Origin: Ostrea edulis
Lineage: Eukaryota
NCBI RefSeq assembly: GCF_947568905.1
Contig: NC_079170.1
Span: 34,100,001-34,164,000, forward strand
Length of the DNA: 64,000 nucleotides
Direction of reading: 5' to 3'
Below the pieces are notes generated by a model. It ran no database searches, had not been told where the DNA came from, and saw only the letters and a list, made by a program, of their open reading frames with translations. Each line of letters opens with the position of its first letter. Position 1 is the stretch's first letter. A program made the position numbers and the translations under genes. This document shows, piece after piece, positions 35,926 through 48,723 of the stretch.

Positions 35926-38900
35926 ACTATGTAATGATGATTTCAATTTAGTAATTGAAAATTTAAAGAATGGATTAACTTTCATTATTGCTCATGGGAA
36001 AAAATCATAGAGCAGTGATATCTATTTAATTCATCAAGCTATTTTTGTACGTTAATAATTAAAGTTAATAATTATGAATTGTATATTTGTAGATGGACCT
36101 TTAGAGCTTGATGTCTCGTGGAGGGATCCACCCGAGTGGACTTTAAAGGTAGAAAACTACATTTTTTAAGAATCAGACAGACGTGTAATATAGATAACCA
36201 TGGTAAAAACTAGAATCGTCATAAAGACCATAATTGAAAAATAAACATTTCTGACTTTCACAAAAAAATCTCCTGATATGACTAGCGACTCATAGATCAC
36301 TCGTTTTGCAGTCATATCGGTATACCAGTAGGTAAGACATCATAAAGGGTTAATTGAGAATGTATAAGGTGAGCTTTCGGTGGTTTTTAAACTATTTTCA
36401 TGTAGATGCCAGCTTCATTGCGCACATGTCTTGGCAATGAACTTAACAAAGGATAAAGCAGTATTGAGTATTGACGTAAATCGTAATAACTTACCCCACG
36501 GAAAAAGTTAACCGAGATAATTTATCCCACGAAAATAATTGTCCTAAACCAAGATAATTTATCCCACGAAAATAATTGTCTTAAACCGAGATAATTTATC
36601 CCGTGGAAATAAGTGTCTAACTTTGAGATGTAAATTTACTCCGCGGATAGAAGCAAAAGTGTCCTCAGCCAAGCTAACTACCCCCTCCCCAGGATATAAG
36701 TGTCCTCAATCTAGATAATGTATCCCACGTAAATAACTGTCCTAACCTGACATTATCAAATTTTATCCCATGTAATAAGTGTCAAAAACCGAGATAATTC
36801 ACCCACGTAAAAAAAAAACGAGATAATGTACCCTTTGGAAAAAGTGTCTTAAACCGAGATGATTTATCCCACGGAAATAAGTGTCTCAATTCAAGATTGA
36901 TAGAAGGCTTCATTGGTGCGGAAATAAAACAAATGTAATTTTTATTTGAAATGTTTTTTTCTCAGGCTTCTGAAGAATTAAAAGAACTTATCACTAACTA
37001 CATGCCGTTTGAAGAGGTGGATATTCCTGAGGCCAACATCTTGCTGTTGGGACAAGTGGGTGCCGGGAAATCTAGCTTCCTAAACACCATAAACTCTATC
37101 TTCAAAGGCAGGATGTCGTCCCGGGCATGCACCGGAAGTACGGAGAACAGTTTGACCAAAAGTGTAAGGACCTGTTAATTTTTACTGTAAAATTAGTATT
37201 GGTATATGTTAGAATTAAATGTTCAGAAGAAAATCAGCAATGTATTGTAAAGCATATCCATAAGTCAATGTTTTTGATCTGATTTCATCCCTCACTGACC
37301 CTTGAAAGGTTTCCCTCATTTTAAAGAAGTTGTTGCACGTCTCGTGTTAATTTCCCTAAAGGCGTTGCATGAAAGATCGATAAAATTGAGTTATTCAAAT
37401 ATGATAAAACCAATTCGAACGTATGTCTTGATTCAAACATTTTTGAAAATAAGTTTAAAAGACGTGTATTGACAACCATTAGTAAATATAATTCGAGTTT
37501 AAATCAAGCAATAAGCAATCTATATGATTTTTAGCGTTAAAATGGAGGGGTATCCCCGAATTTCAGAAAACCTGTCTCCGTGAAACAAAATAAATTTATT
37601 AAGAACATGTTCTTTAAGTTTTCCACTAAAAAACTGTCACTTTGAAATTTTGTTTCACGAGGGCATTTTTTGGTCAATTTCAAAAAATCGAAACAACTTT
37701 ACTGGTATATTTTCAACTTCACCTGTACGTTAATTTTCCATAGTAATGTATTGTCTACTACGTGGTTTAGTGGTTAAGGTCATCGACTTTTATAGGTAAC
37801 GATGTTTTCATTTTTAAAATGACCAAGTTCAAATCCCTCACGAACACTTTTTTTTTTCATATTACGTTTTCCATCTAGATTTTTTAAAATTGAAACACAC
37901 TTCTAGTGGGGATCCGGGTTAGAATAGGTCCTCAGTACCCCCTTGCTTGTCGTAAGAGACGACTAAATGGGGTAGTACTTCGGATGAGACCGCAAAAACC
38001 GAGGTCCCGTGTCACAGCAGGTGTGGCACGATAAAGACCCCTCCATGCTCAATGGCCATAAGCGCCGAGCATAGGCCGAAATTTTGCAGCCCTTCACCGG
38101 CAGTGGTGACGTCTCCATATGAGTGAAATATTCTCGAGAGGGACGTAAAACAATAATCAATCAATTAATCTAGTTTTTAAAAATGTTTCGTGTCAAATCT
38201 CTGTTTATTACAATGTGCCGAGTTTGAAATAAGCTTCTAACCTGGACACTGTTTAGTTTGTGAATAGGACTATCAACCAACACGCCGAATACAGCATGCA
38301 ATATCTGTGTTTTAATAGTCAAGGCTGCTAACGAGATCTTGTATGTTTTCCTGAATGAAAGGTGTTGACAAAGGCATGGTGCCTTTTACGAAAAACCGTT
38401 GTGAACTTTACAAAGCTTTGAAAGTAAAAAAACTTTAAGGCCAAACAAGGTAAATAACTGTTAAACAGTTTGAGTTATAAGATTATATGTATTCCAGTAG
38501 TAAATTCCTATAATGGTGAATCAATGTTTTCAGGTGCATGAACTTTATTGATGCGTATTAAACTTTCCATATTTTGTTTTGTGGTCAGAGTTATGTACAT
38601 TTGCCAACTGTTGGTTGTAGAAAGTAATACATACGAGTATAAGAGCTTTTAGACTGTAGAAGTACAACATATTAAATATTTGATACACTCGTAACATTTA
38701 ACCGTATACATTGTATCTGATACTCAGAAAAGAAAGACAATTTAATTTGCACGCTTTCAAAAATTATGTTTAGACTACATGTTTAATGTATTGACACATA
38801 AAATGCATTAGGCTTGTCCCTAGTACTAGGGGAATCCTTCAGGTATTTAAATGGCAAATACGCAATGAGTATAAATATGAATGAAGGTCAGTTCTACGTC

Positions 38901-41900
38901 ACGAGTGCTAGCACGGAGCTCCGATTAGGGAAAATTCCCGCTTTGGTGCAACACCCTCTTTATTCTTGTTTTTAATATGGTGATTTCCACATATGCATTC
39001 ATGTAAACAGACATGGACATACACACATGTATACACATGAACTACTTGTATACTAATTATGCACAAAATCAAACATGGTTTTATCATATAATTTTGTAAG
39101 AAAAGAAAGAAAACACAATTTGATTTCTAATTATTTTGTCCACTTTGAATTATTTGTGAAGTAATTTTCAAATCTTAAACTACGCACATCAGATAAAAAG
39201 GAATATAGGTATTGGAAAAAGGATGTTTCACTCCACTAGTTCTTGCACTTCGACATTTTGCAGTTTCTTAATAACTTTGTTTTCATTATTTCAATTCACG
39301 TGTTTTAAAGGCGTTACTTTTAATATGTTTGAATTCGATTATTTGAATCTGCTGGCAAAGCTAGCGTTGCTTTTAAATATCAAAATCAACAAACCTATGT
39401 TCGTCTTATTTATATATGCTATATGTATGTTATACATTTTTAATGCTTAAGGATGTATGGGACTGACATCAGAGTAATTAAAAAATCCTTAAAATGAGTT
39501 AAATAGATAGCATTGTATTCATTTTATTGAAAAAAGACATTTTTAAGATAGGTTCGTGAGTTCGTTTCCATGGTAACGAACATCAAAGATACCCTTGCTG
39601 GAGACATTATGATTTACTGTAATTTACTATTTGTCTAAATGGGAGTGTGGAACTGACACAAGAACAATGAAAACATTTCTAAAATTATTAAAGTAAATAG
39701 CATTATTTTTAATTTAACAGGAAAAGTCATTTTTAAATAGGTCTGTGAGTTCGTTTCCATGGTAACCATCATCAAACATATCCTTGCTGGAGACATCATA
39801 TTTAGAACCTGTACAGAAACCGGAAGTGTATGGCTGACATCAGAATAATTAAAAAAAAAAATTGAGTGAAATATATAGCATTATATTTATTTTATCAGAA
39901 GGAGACATTTTTGACATAGGTCCGTGAGTTCGTTTCCATGGTAACCATATGGTCATCAAACATATCCTTGCTAGAGACATCATGTTCAAAACCTGTAAAA
40001 AAAAAAAACGGAAGGGTATGACCGCCATCAGAATAATTAAAAAATTTTAAAATTGAGTGAAATGCATAGCATTATGTCTATTCTATCAGAAAAAGATATT
40101 TCTGACATAAGTCCGTGAGTTCGTTTCCATGGTAACCATCATCAAACATAACCTTTGTGGAGACATCATGTTCAAAACCTGTAAAACACGGAAGGGTATG
40201 ATTGGCATCAGAATAATTAAAAATTCTAAAATTGAGCGAAATGCATAGCATTATGTCTATTCTATCAGAAAAAGACATTTCTGACATAGGTCCGTTTGTT
40301 CGTTTCCATGGTAACCATCATCAAACATATCGCTACTGGAGACATCATAATTCAAAACCTGTAAAAATAGGAAGTGAATGGTTGACATCAGAATCATTAG
40401 AAAATTTCAAAAATTGACTGAAATTGGTAGCATTATATTTATCTGTAGGCAAATAAAAAACATTTTTGACATACATGTTGGTCCTTGAGTTCGTTTCCAT
40501 GGTTACAATCATCAAACATATCCATGCTGGAGACATCATATTCAAAACCTGTAAAAATCAGAAGTGTATGGTTGACATCAGAATAATCAAAACATTCCAA
40601 AAATTGAGTGAAATGTATAGCATTATATATATTTACCGAAAACAAAGACATTTTTGACATATGTCCTGAGTTCGTATCCATGGTAACAATCATCAAACCT
40701 AGTCTTGTTGGAGACATCACAATCAAAACCTGTAAAAAACGGAAGTGTATGACTGACATCAGAATAAATAAAAAATTCTAAAATTGGGTGAAATGGATAG
40801 CATTAATTATATTTCAAATGAAAAGGTTGTTTTCCAGATAGGTTTGTGAGTTCATTTCCATTGTAACGATCATCAAACATACCCTTAAACTTGAAAGAAG
40901 AGACATCACAGAGTATTCCAAATCTGCTTCTCCTTTCAATACATTATAGATGTCAACAGCAACCAAACAACACAACTTTATGACAAATGAAATTACTTCA
41001 GTTTTTCCATTGTCAACTTCCCATATTCCAGTATCACCTGCAGATGTTGTTAATGTCTCTTAACAACTGATTCAATGGTCAAATCCATGCTGTGCATATG
41101 ATCAATTTTTAAATCCAGGCAAGTTAGTGACACATAAATTGTTCTCAAACAAGTTTCAACAGTATTGTTTAAAGTCAGCATTTTGCAAAGTCTGTGGTTG
41201 TTATTATTCCTCTGTTAACTACTACCTAATCAGGAAACAGAATGCACAATCCTTGTATTAGGTCAACAGGGGATGTTTACTCCTCCTAGGTACTTGATCC
41301 CAGTATGTCCAGGGGCCCGTGTTTGCCATTCTCTTTATTTTGTATTCTTTATAGGTTTATGAGATTACTCCTCCTAGGCACCTGATCCCACCCCTGGTGT
41401 GTCCAGGGGTCCGTGTCTGCCCAACTATCTATTTTGTATTGCTTATAGGAGTTATGAGATTGATCACTGTTCGTTATCTTCACCTCGCATTGATCACTGT
41501 TATCTTCATTTGTTCATAAATTCTTAGATGGCAAGGTGAAAAATTGTACATCAAGTTATCAACAGATTAACATATAGGGCTCTTTTGATATCAATTTAAA
41601 CTTCTGGGTCTTTGGACTGAAAGAAGTCAGAAATAGAATCCACAATTTTTTTTAGAACGCGTCACACGTGCTTTTCCATTACCATCTTCCATCAACACAT
41701 CCATAATTCCCTGACGATTATTTCTGCGATATGCAAGTTGGAGATGTACATATGATAAACCACTGTAGGCTATGGAATGAGACATTCCCTTCGAGATGAT
41801 CTTAGAGTCAGTTAACGGAGAAAGAGTTGACATGTTGATTTTGGCTTTTTCATTGTAATCGGCTCTTTTGATAAAGGAATCTGAAGACAAAGTTTGGCTT

Positions 41901-44900
41901 TGCGTCACCCCACGTCTTGGTTCCGCGTGATGTAATAACCTTTGTAGGGCAACAACATCCTGTAATGAATCATGGGCTGCATATTCCTCTTCCAAGAAAT
42001 GCTGATAAAGGTTTACTTGCGAATAAGATTTAAGTCCTGGACTAATAATTTTGAAGAGTTGAAGAGTATCACATATGGCATGAACCTTGTCAAGGAATTT
42101 GTTGATAATACCACAGTTCTGGAATGCATTCATCAATACTGGGAGGTCATAGGAAATTATATTGTGGCCAGTAATTACTGTTTTCTTGTCAGTACTTAAA
42201 AAGTCAAGAAATTGCATTAGTCCAAGTTTGATTGGCACGGAAGAAACCTCTTTGTTGTTATGGTACATTTTTAACCCATTCATTTTCAAACCTGTGATTT
42301 CTTCTGCTTTTCCACTGATTGGTCTTCCTGGAAGAATGTATTGGTTGAAGTGGCTCTCTTCCCTAATTGCTGATATCTGCAATATGTGTGATGTTCTGGC
42401 TGTAAAATCAAAATACACTTGTTTTAGTAATTGGGTCAGACAGGTAGTAAAAGAATTGTCATATAACAATTACTTATGATGAGTCCATTACAGTAACAAT
42501 TATTCCTTGTGATGATAAAAATAATTTCATCAAGCAAGGACAGTTGGTAAATACATGTACATTTACCTAACCCTGTTGCCTCAATATCAAAAATAACTTT
42601 GTCCAAAGATTCAAATTCATTGCATGGGATCATTTCCAACGATGGTTGATGGGATGGAGGGGGTATTTCTTGCACTTCACTGGATTGTATGTCTTGAAAA
42701 TTTACTCCCTCAGCATAGGTAACACCCTCTCTTACCTCCTTTGAAGCATTACCCTGTTGCCTGCAAGTAAATGATATGAAAATTGACAGAGATAAGTACA
42801 AGATATGTTAGTAAGACACTGATGCTCCCTTATGGCAGCAAAGTCATTAAGAATAAAATCATATTAAACCATATGGTTACGATAAAAAACTTTGGTACCG
42901 AAAATGTCTGGTCAAAAGGAATACATATACGTACTAGAAAAGTCCTATCAACAATCATTCATAAGACATGGCTAATAAATATAAAAGTCTTGCCACAAGA
43001 AATACCCATATGAAAAATGAAAGCCCATATCACCATCCATTCAAAAGTTATTTTTGCAAATAAACAGACAGACAGACCAAAACTAATAAATATGCGCCTA
43101 AATCTCTGATTACAGGGGCATAAAATAACCAATAAATTAATACGTACCTTTTTGATTTCAAAAGACGTCGTTTGTGTTTAGCCTTGAATGTATTGGCAAT
43201 CGCTTTCCTCTTCTTGTGTTGAATGTCTCTGATCTTAGCTAATATCTGTGTAATGTAACCTGGTGATAATCCTAGACGGCGATTAACCTTAAAAACAAAA
43301 GTGAGGTAGGTTAGATAAATAAAGTGAGTATTACAACTCAAATTAATCATAACTGGAACAAATTGAATTTTAAAGAAATTAGTACACATATCAAATGTGT
43401 ATGAAATTTCTTACATGCATGACATATTTATGTCCTTCATTCTTCTCTAGTACACTAACAGCTACTCTGAACTTGAGACTGGATGAGGAACTGTAGTGAT
43501 TTGCTTTTGGGGCCTTGGATGCAACCAATCGATTAAAACTTTCATTTCCTTGGGTACTTCCTAAAGTTGCCAACCTTTCAGCATTCATCGCGTATGTCTC
43601 CATGATGTGTTGGATGGTACTCTGCAAGTGTTTATCAGTTAAAGGTCTGCCATGGGGCAGAGAGTTGTACTTTTCTTTTGGATTTTCTAAAAATCGACAC
43701 CAGCTTGAAGAACAAAGTCTGTGGTCTCCAAATGGATGAAAGGAGAGAGTTTTAAGATTGAGGCCTATCCTTGTAGCATATCCTTTTCCTTGTGCAAGAA
43801 TGTGGTTGAAACATCTTTGCAGGTACTGAATAACTTTGAATGTTAAGGATTTGTGCTCCTTCACAGAGTGAAGATGGTTCCCAAAGATTTTTTTCACATA
43901 ATTTGCATCAGATATTTTTCCAATATTTTTGTCAATGTTTGCCCGAAGCCTAGATATTGTGGTACTATCCTCATCACCAACAATGGCTTTTATGCAGACA
44001 GGTCCATCATTTACATCCTTAACCATCTCTGCTATCATGTCACTTTCCATCCCTTTTGCACTTCCATGCCAGTTGATGCTGCACTCATGTGAGGGGGGTG
44101 ATGATTTCGAGTTAAGAGAAAGAGCGTATATACGACAGGATTTGGACCTTGTTGATAAATTGACTATTTTTCCAGAGAATGTCACTATCATTGATGAATG
44201 TCCTGAAATAAAATTCAGAATATCGTAACAAGAGGTTCATAACCTTAATGATTACCTGAGTGCTGACATGCATCACATGACTCATGTGCATAAAAGATCA
44301 GGCCATATTTAAAGGAATGTTTGTTTCCCCTTCCCCGGGTCTGACTTTTGAAACAGACCAGGCAAGCAGGTGGGTTTTGTTTGGAAAATGTTTATTGGAA
44401 ACACCTATGAAAAAGCAGCTCAGAGCACCGATAGTCATTTTCAATACTGTACATTAGAAGAAGAGTATGCCATGCCTTGGTTGAGCTTGTTTTTATGTTG
44501 GTCACTGGATTGACATGTCTGTTGGCATTTATAATTCATATTCTTGGACATATTAGTGCGAATGCACTCAGTGGATGCAATATGTTGGTTTACTTTACGA
44601 ATACCTACATAGAAACATTACATCTTTTCAAAGAAGACATTGAAAACAAAACCAAAACATTTGTTCTTGACTTCGTAGAAACAGATGTACTTAATAACAT
44701 ATTAGAACGATTTTTGTTCCGGAAATGATAATTAGAAAAAACAGCACGATTTTTGGGTAAAAAATTTTTACACGGGCCCTTTTTTAGACCCGGCCGGACA
44801 AGGGGAAACAAACATATTTTTATTTTTAGCCTCATTAATACACAAACATATTGTTAATATATTGGGGCCGAAGAAAGCTAAGTGACAATTCATATTCTTT

Positions 44901-47900
44901 TCATTGTTCAACACATTCATGCTGGCATACAACCTACAACTCATGAAAAATAACCTTTGTTTTAATAATCATTCTAAACTCATTTTTACTCTAACTTTTA
45001 TGAAATCTAAAACATTTATCACAAAACATTTGATCTGGATGAAATGTTGTTCATGATTTCAAAAACTTTTACAAACACCAGTTGCAGAAAAAATGCCTGA
45101 ATAATGAAATTTATCATTCCATTTCCTTATATATTCCTTTCTAAGAATCGAGCAAAAACCTGTTCTTACAATCAGATAATATATGTATGGCTGCAACAGG
45201 GGAAAAATAAGGCACTGAAATCAGATACTGGAGATATTTGTGCTGTTAATGGTGTAAAAGTTACTATGAATTGAATCTGGATAAGTGGATGAAAATGATT
45301 TAAAGAAGTGGTTGTATTCAATGAATCATATAGCAAAATAAATAAAAGTTGACCCATTTATGGCACTATGCTGTGTGTTGCACTAAGTGAAAATAAATCA
45401 AAGAATGTTACTGGGTTTGTATAATTTGTATGCGGTGGTAGATTTTTATAGTGTCTTGTCTCTATTTTCTGTACTGCTGACATCAACTAAGAAAGAAAAA
45501 ATCTTACTCGTCAATTTATGTAAAACCAAAGATCCGCCACTGATTTATTGTGTATATTCTAGCTTTATATAACCCCTCCCCCTAAAAGATATTGAAATTT
45601 ATATTGTCTCTATTTTCTGTACTGCTGACATCAACTAAGAAAGAAAAAATCTTACTCGTCAATTTATGTAAAACCAAAGATCCGCCACTGATTTATTGTG
45701 TATATTCTAGCTTTATATAACCCCTCCCCCTAAAAGATATTGAAATTTATAGAGATGTATATTAAAACTTGACAAGTACTTAAATATATTTATACTCAGA
45801 CGCTTGTATAATACACTTTGTAGGTTACGCTAAATATTTCAGCTTGGTCTAGATCTATAAAGTCGATCTAGGAACAATCAACTGACATTGACAAGCGCCG
45901 GTGCAGCGGTGAAGTCATACCCTATTAAATTTCAGTATTATTTTTTAAGCATCGATTTTCGTGGACTTTTTGGGAAGATTTGCACTTGAACAATTTTTCC
46001 CCTTCTTATTTGATGTGCGTACTCGGCATTAATTTATTAACCTGTTAACAGTGATTGACAAACCTGAACAGATGTCATGCGCCTGCGATTGCGGATACAG
46101 ATGATCCGACGTCTGGTGTCTTGGTAAAGCAGCTTTCCATCGTCTTCTTTGGGCCAAAGAAACCTTGCCGTAACGCTGGATCGCTTTAACTGACTGAAAT
46201 CCGCGTTTTCCCCGCATTTCTGAATTTGAATGTGTCAAAAGTGTCTCAGACGACAACACTATGTTTACATTGCCGAAAAGTAATTGAAGTTGTAAAATTT
46301 ACGCGATTGTTTTTATTTCGAATCTAATAATATTTTTAACTTAGCTTATGTAAAATATATCTATAAAATCAAATACAATGAAGATATTATCTTATATGGA
46401 CTCAGAATCAAACAGTAGATGCGAACGACATAGGATTTATTTACGTCATTCGGAGTTGCGCGGTAATTTCAAAATCGTCAGTCCCGTACATCCTTAAGTA
46501 CGAATATTTCCGAATTTCGATCTCTCGAAGTTTTATCAAGATCCCTTGAATTTCGTGTTATCGAGAGTCACCTGTATAATATGTACCTGTATATACTGTA
46601 GTAGTAATTACTTTCAGAAACTCTATGTAAATTTCAAACTGTAACCACTGCAGTCTTTGTTTTGCATGTACGTACAGTTGCAGTAAACATGTCAAATCTA
46701 TACAGAAAAGCGGATTCACAAAATATCGTCATCGTGGATGGATGATTCAGACTTCAGGCTACTAATTCCAAGTGTTAGAGGCCTTAATAAAATGGCTGTT
46801 TTCATACCGATGTACATCAGGTTTACAAATTTAGAACTTTTCGGAGCAGTCCTTTATCATGTCATTAATTAAAAAGTCATTCGAAAGTAGCTACTGAAAT
46901 ATCGAACCTGATCAATGTCATCTTTACGATATTGTTAATTTTATTATAAAAGCTGTTCTCAACCGGGTTATAAAACAGTCAAATACCCTGCCAATGATAT
47001 GTGGGAACGAACTCGACTGAAAGCTTTTGATAGTGGTATATATTAAGCATTATATTTATATAGTGGAACTTGTCTAATCCGTGGGAGATAGAGTTTAACG
47101 TATATCGGGTTACAGTGTACAGAACAAGGAAATTGGAGGTAAGGATTCGATTATACAATGTACGAATTAGACAGGTTATGCTTACTAGTATGTCGGATTA
47201 GACAGGTATCCGGTGAAACAGTCGAACTGTATATTTAGGAGTCTAACAATGCCCTGTGTGAGGTTTTCAAACAACGTTTATCAGTTTCTTTTTGTTACCA
47301 GATACCTTTTTTTCTTCCCATGCTGTTTTAATCTCTAAAGAGTGCTGTGGGGATCCGGGATAGAGTAGATCCTCAGTACCCCTTGCTTTTCGTAAAAGGC
47401 TACTTATTGGGCGGTCCTTCAAATGAGACTGCAAAAACCGAGTCACCACCTCACAGCAGGTGTGACACGAGAAAAATCCCTCCCTGTTCAAAGGCCATAG
47501 GGACCGAGCATAGACCTAAATTCTGAAGCCCTTCACCGGCAATGGTAATGTCTCCATATGAGACACCTGTGGTGTCTGCTTCATACTTAGATATTTTATT
47601 GAGAGTAGATATTAACGGCAGGCTAACAACTTATCTTTATGACAACGGGATGATTTCAGCCATCGTCAATTTCCCATATTTATGTAATAATATTCCATTA
47701 TCACATGCATATACTGTTTGTATTTCTCAACTGATTCGATATGCAAGAGCTTGTTCTGCGTATGGTCATTGTATAAATCGGGCCAGGCTTATTACACGCA
47801 CGTTGATGGTGCAGGGGTTACAACAGTCTCGTTCAAAGTCAGCATTTTGCAAATATATAGCTGTTATCAGTTATAACGATCTAGTTAGCCAATACAACTC

Positions 47901-48652
47901 ATCATTGGGTCAAATGTTGTCTGATCTGTTTCATACCGATTGTTAGGCCATTCTTAGCACATTGATTTTGACTACGGATAACTCAGTTTACCTGATCAAA
48001 ATATAGGACTTACGGCGGGTGTGACCGGTTGACAAGGGATGCTTACTCCTCCTAGGTACTTGATCCCACCTGTGGTATGTCTGGGGGTCCGTGCTTGCCC
48101 AACTCTCTATTCTATACTGCCTATAGGAGTCATGAGATTGATCACTGCTCGTTGTATTCGCCTTTCTTGGATGAGAAATGCTCTAGTGGAACGTTTTGCA
48201 ACCAAACAGCTACACCCTTAAGGTACATCCCTAATGACGGCCATAATATCTTGGGAAATAAAGTTTGAATAATTGTATACTTATTTTTTATTTTTGAATT
48301 TTTTTTTTTTTTTACATAACAGTTTGAAAAATTTCGAGTCCGAAATCCAGCAACAAAGACCTACCTGAAATTCCGGATATGTGACACACGAGGGGTAGAG
48401 GAGGGCTTCTCCATCAAAAGTGAAGATCTGGGATTTATCCTGGACGGGAACCTGCCCAATCATTACACTGTATGGAATATTTTTGTTATTCAAACTGTAT
48501 ACCACAAAAGTATCAAACAAAAGGTTAAAATTGTGAGTGATTCTAAGAATTTGATTTTGATGAGTAGATATTGAACTGACATGATTTTATGTATCCTTTT
48601 GTGTAATTTGAAGACATTGTTTTTTAGTTGTATGCCCCTATTGGCCTAGCTT

Positions 48653-48723
<71 letters not shown>

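Larger units (their letters stand above)
39451..46493 (-). mobile_element. Full-length Kolobok-type DNA transposon (7043 bp) with a transposase-exonuclease gene; defective copy
   Basis: TTAA at 39447-39450 and 46494-46497; 17-bp TIR GGATGTA(T/C)GGGACTGAC with one mismatch; internal spliced gene with transposase and DEDDh motifs. Confidence 0.9.

Noticed and set aside
40078-40759. Repetitive ORFs in the tandem array
   Set aside because: By-products of the DNA repeat; frames are not kept between units.
41972-44228. Plus-strand ORFs 41972, 42162, 43515, 43853 and 43929-44228
   Set aside because: Antisense or alternative-frame shadows of the Kolobok gene.
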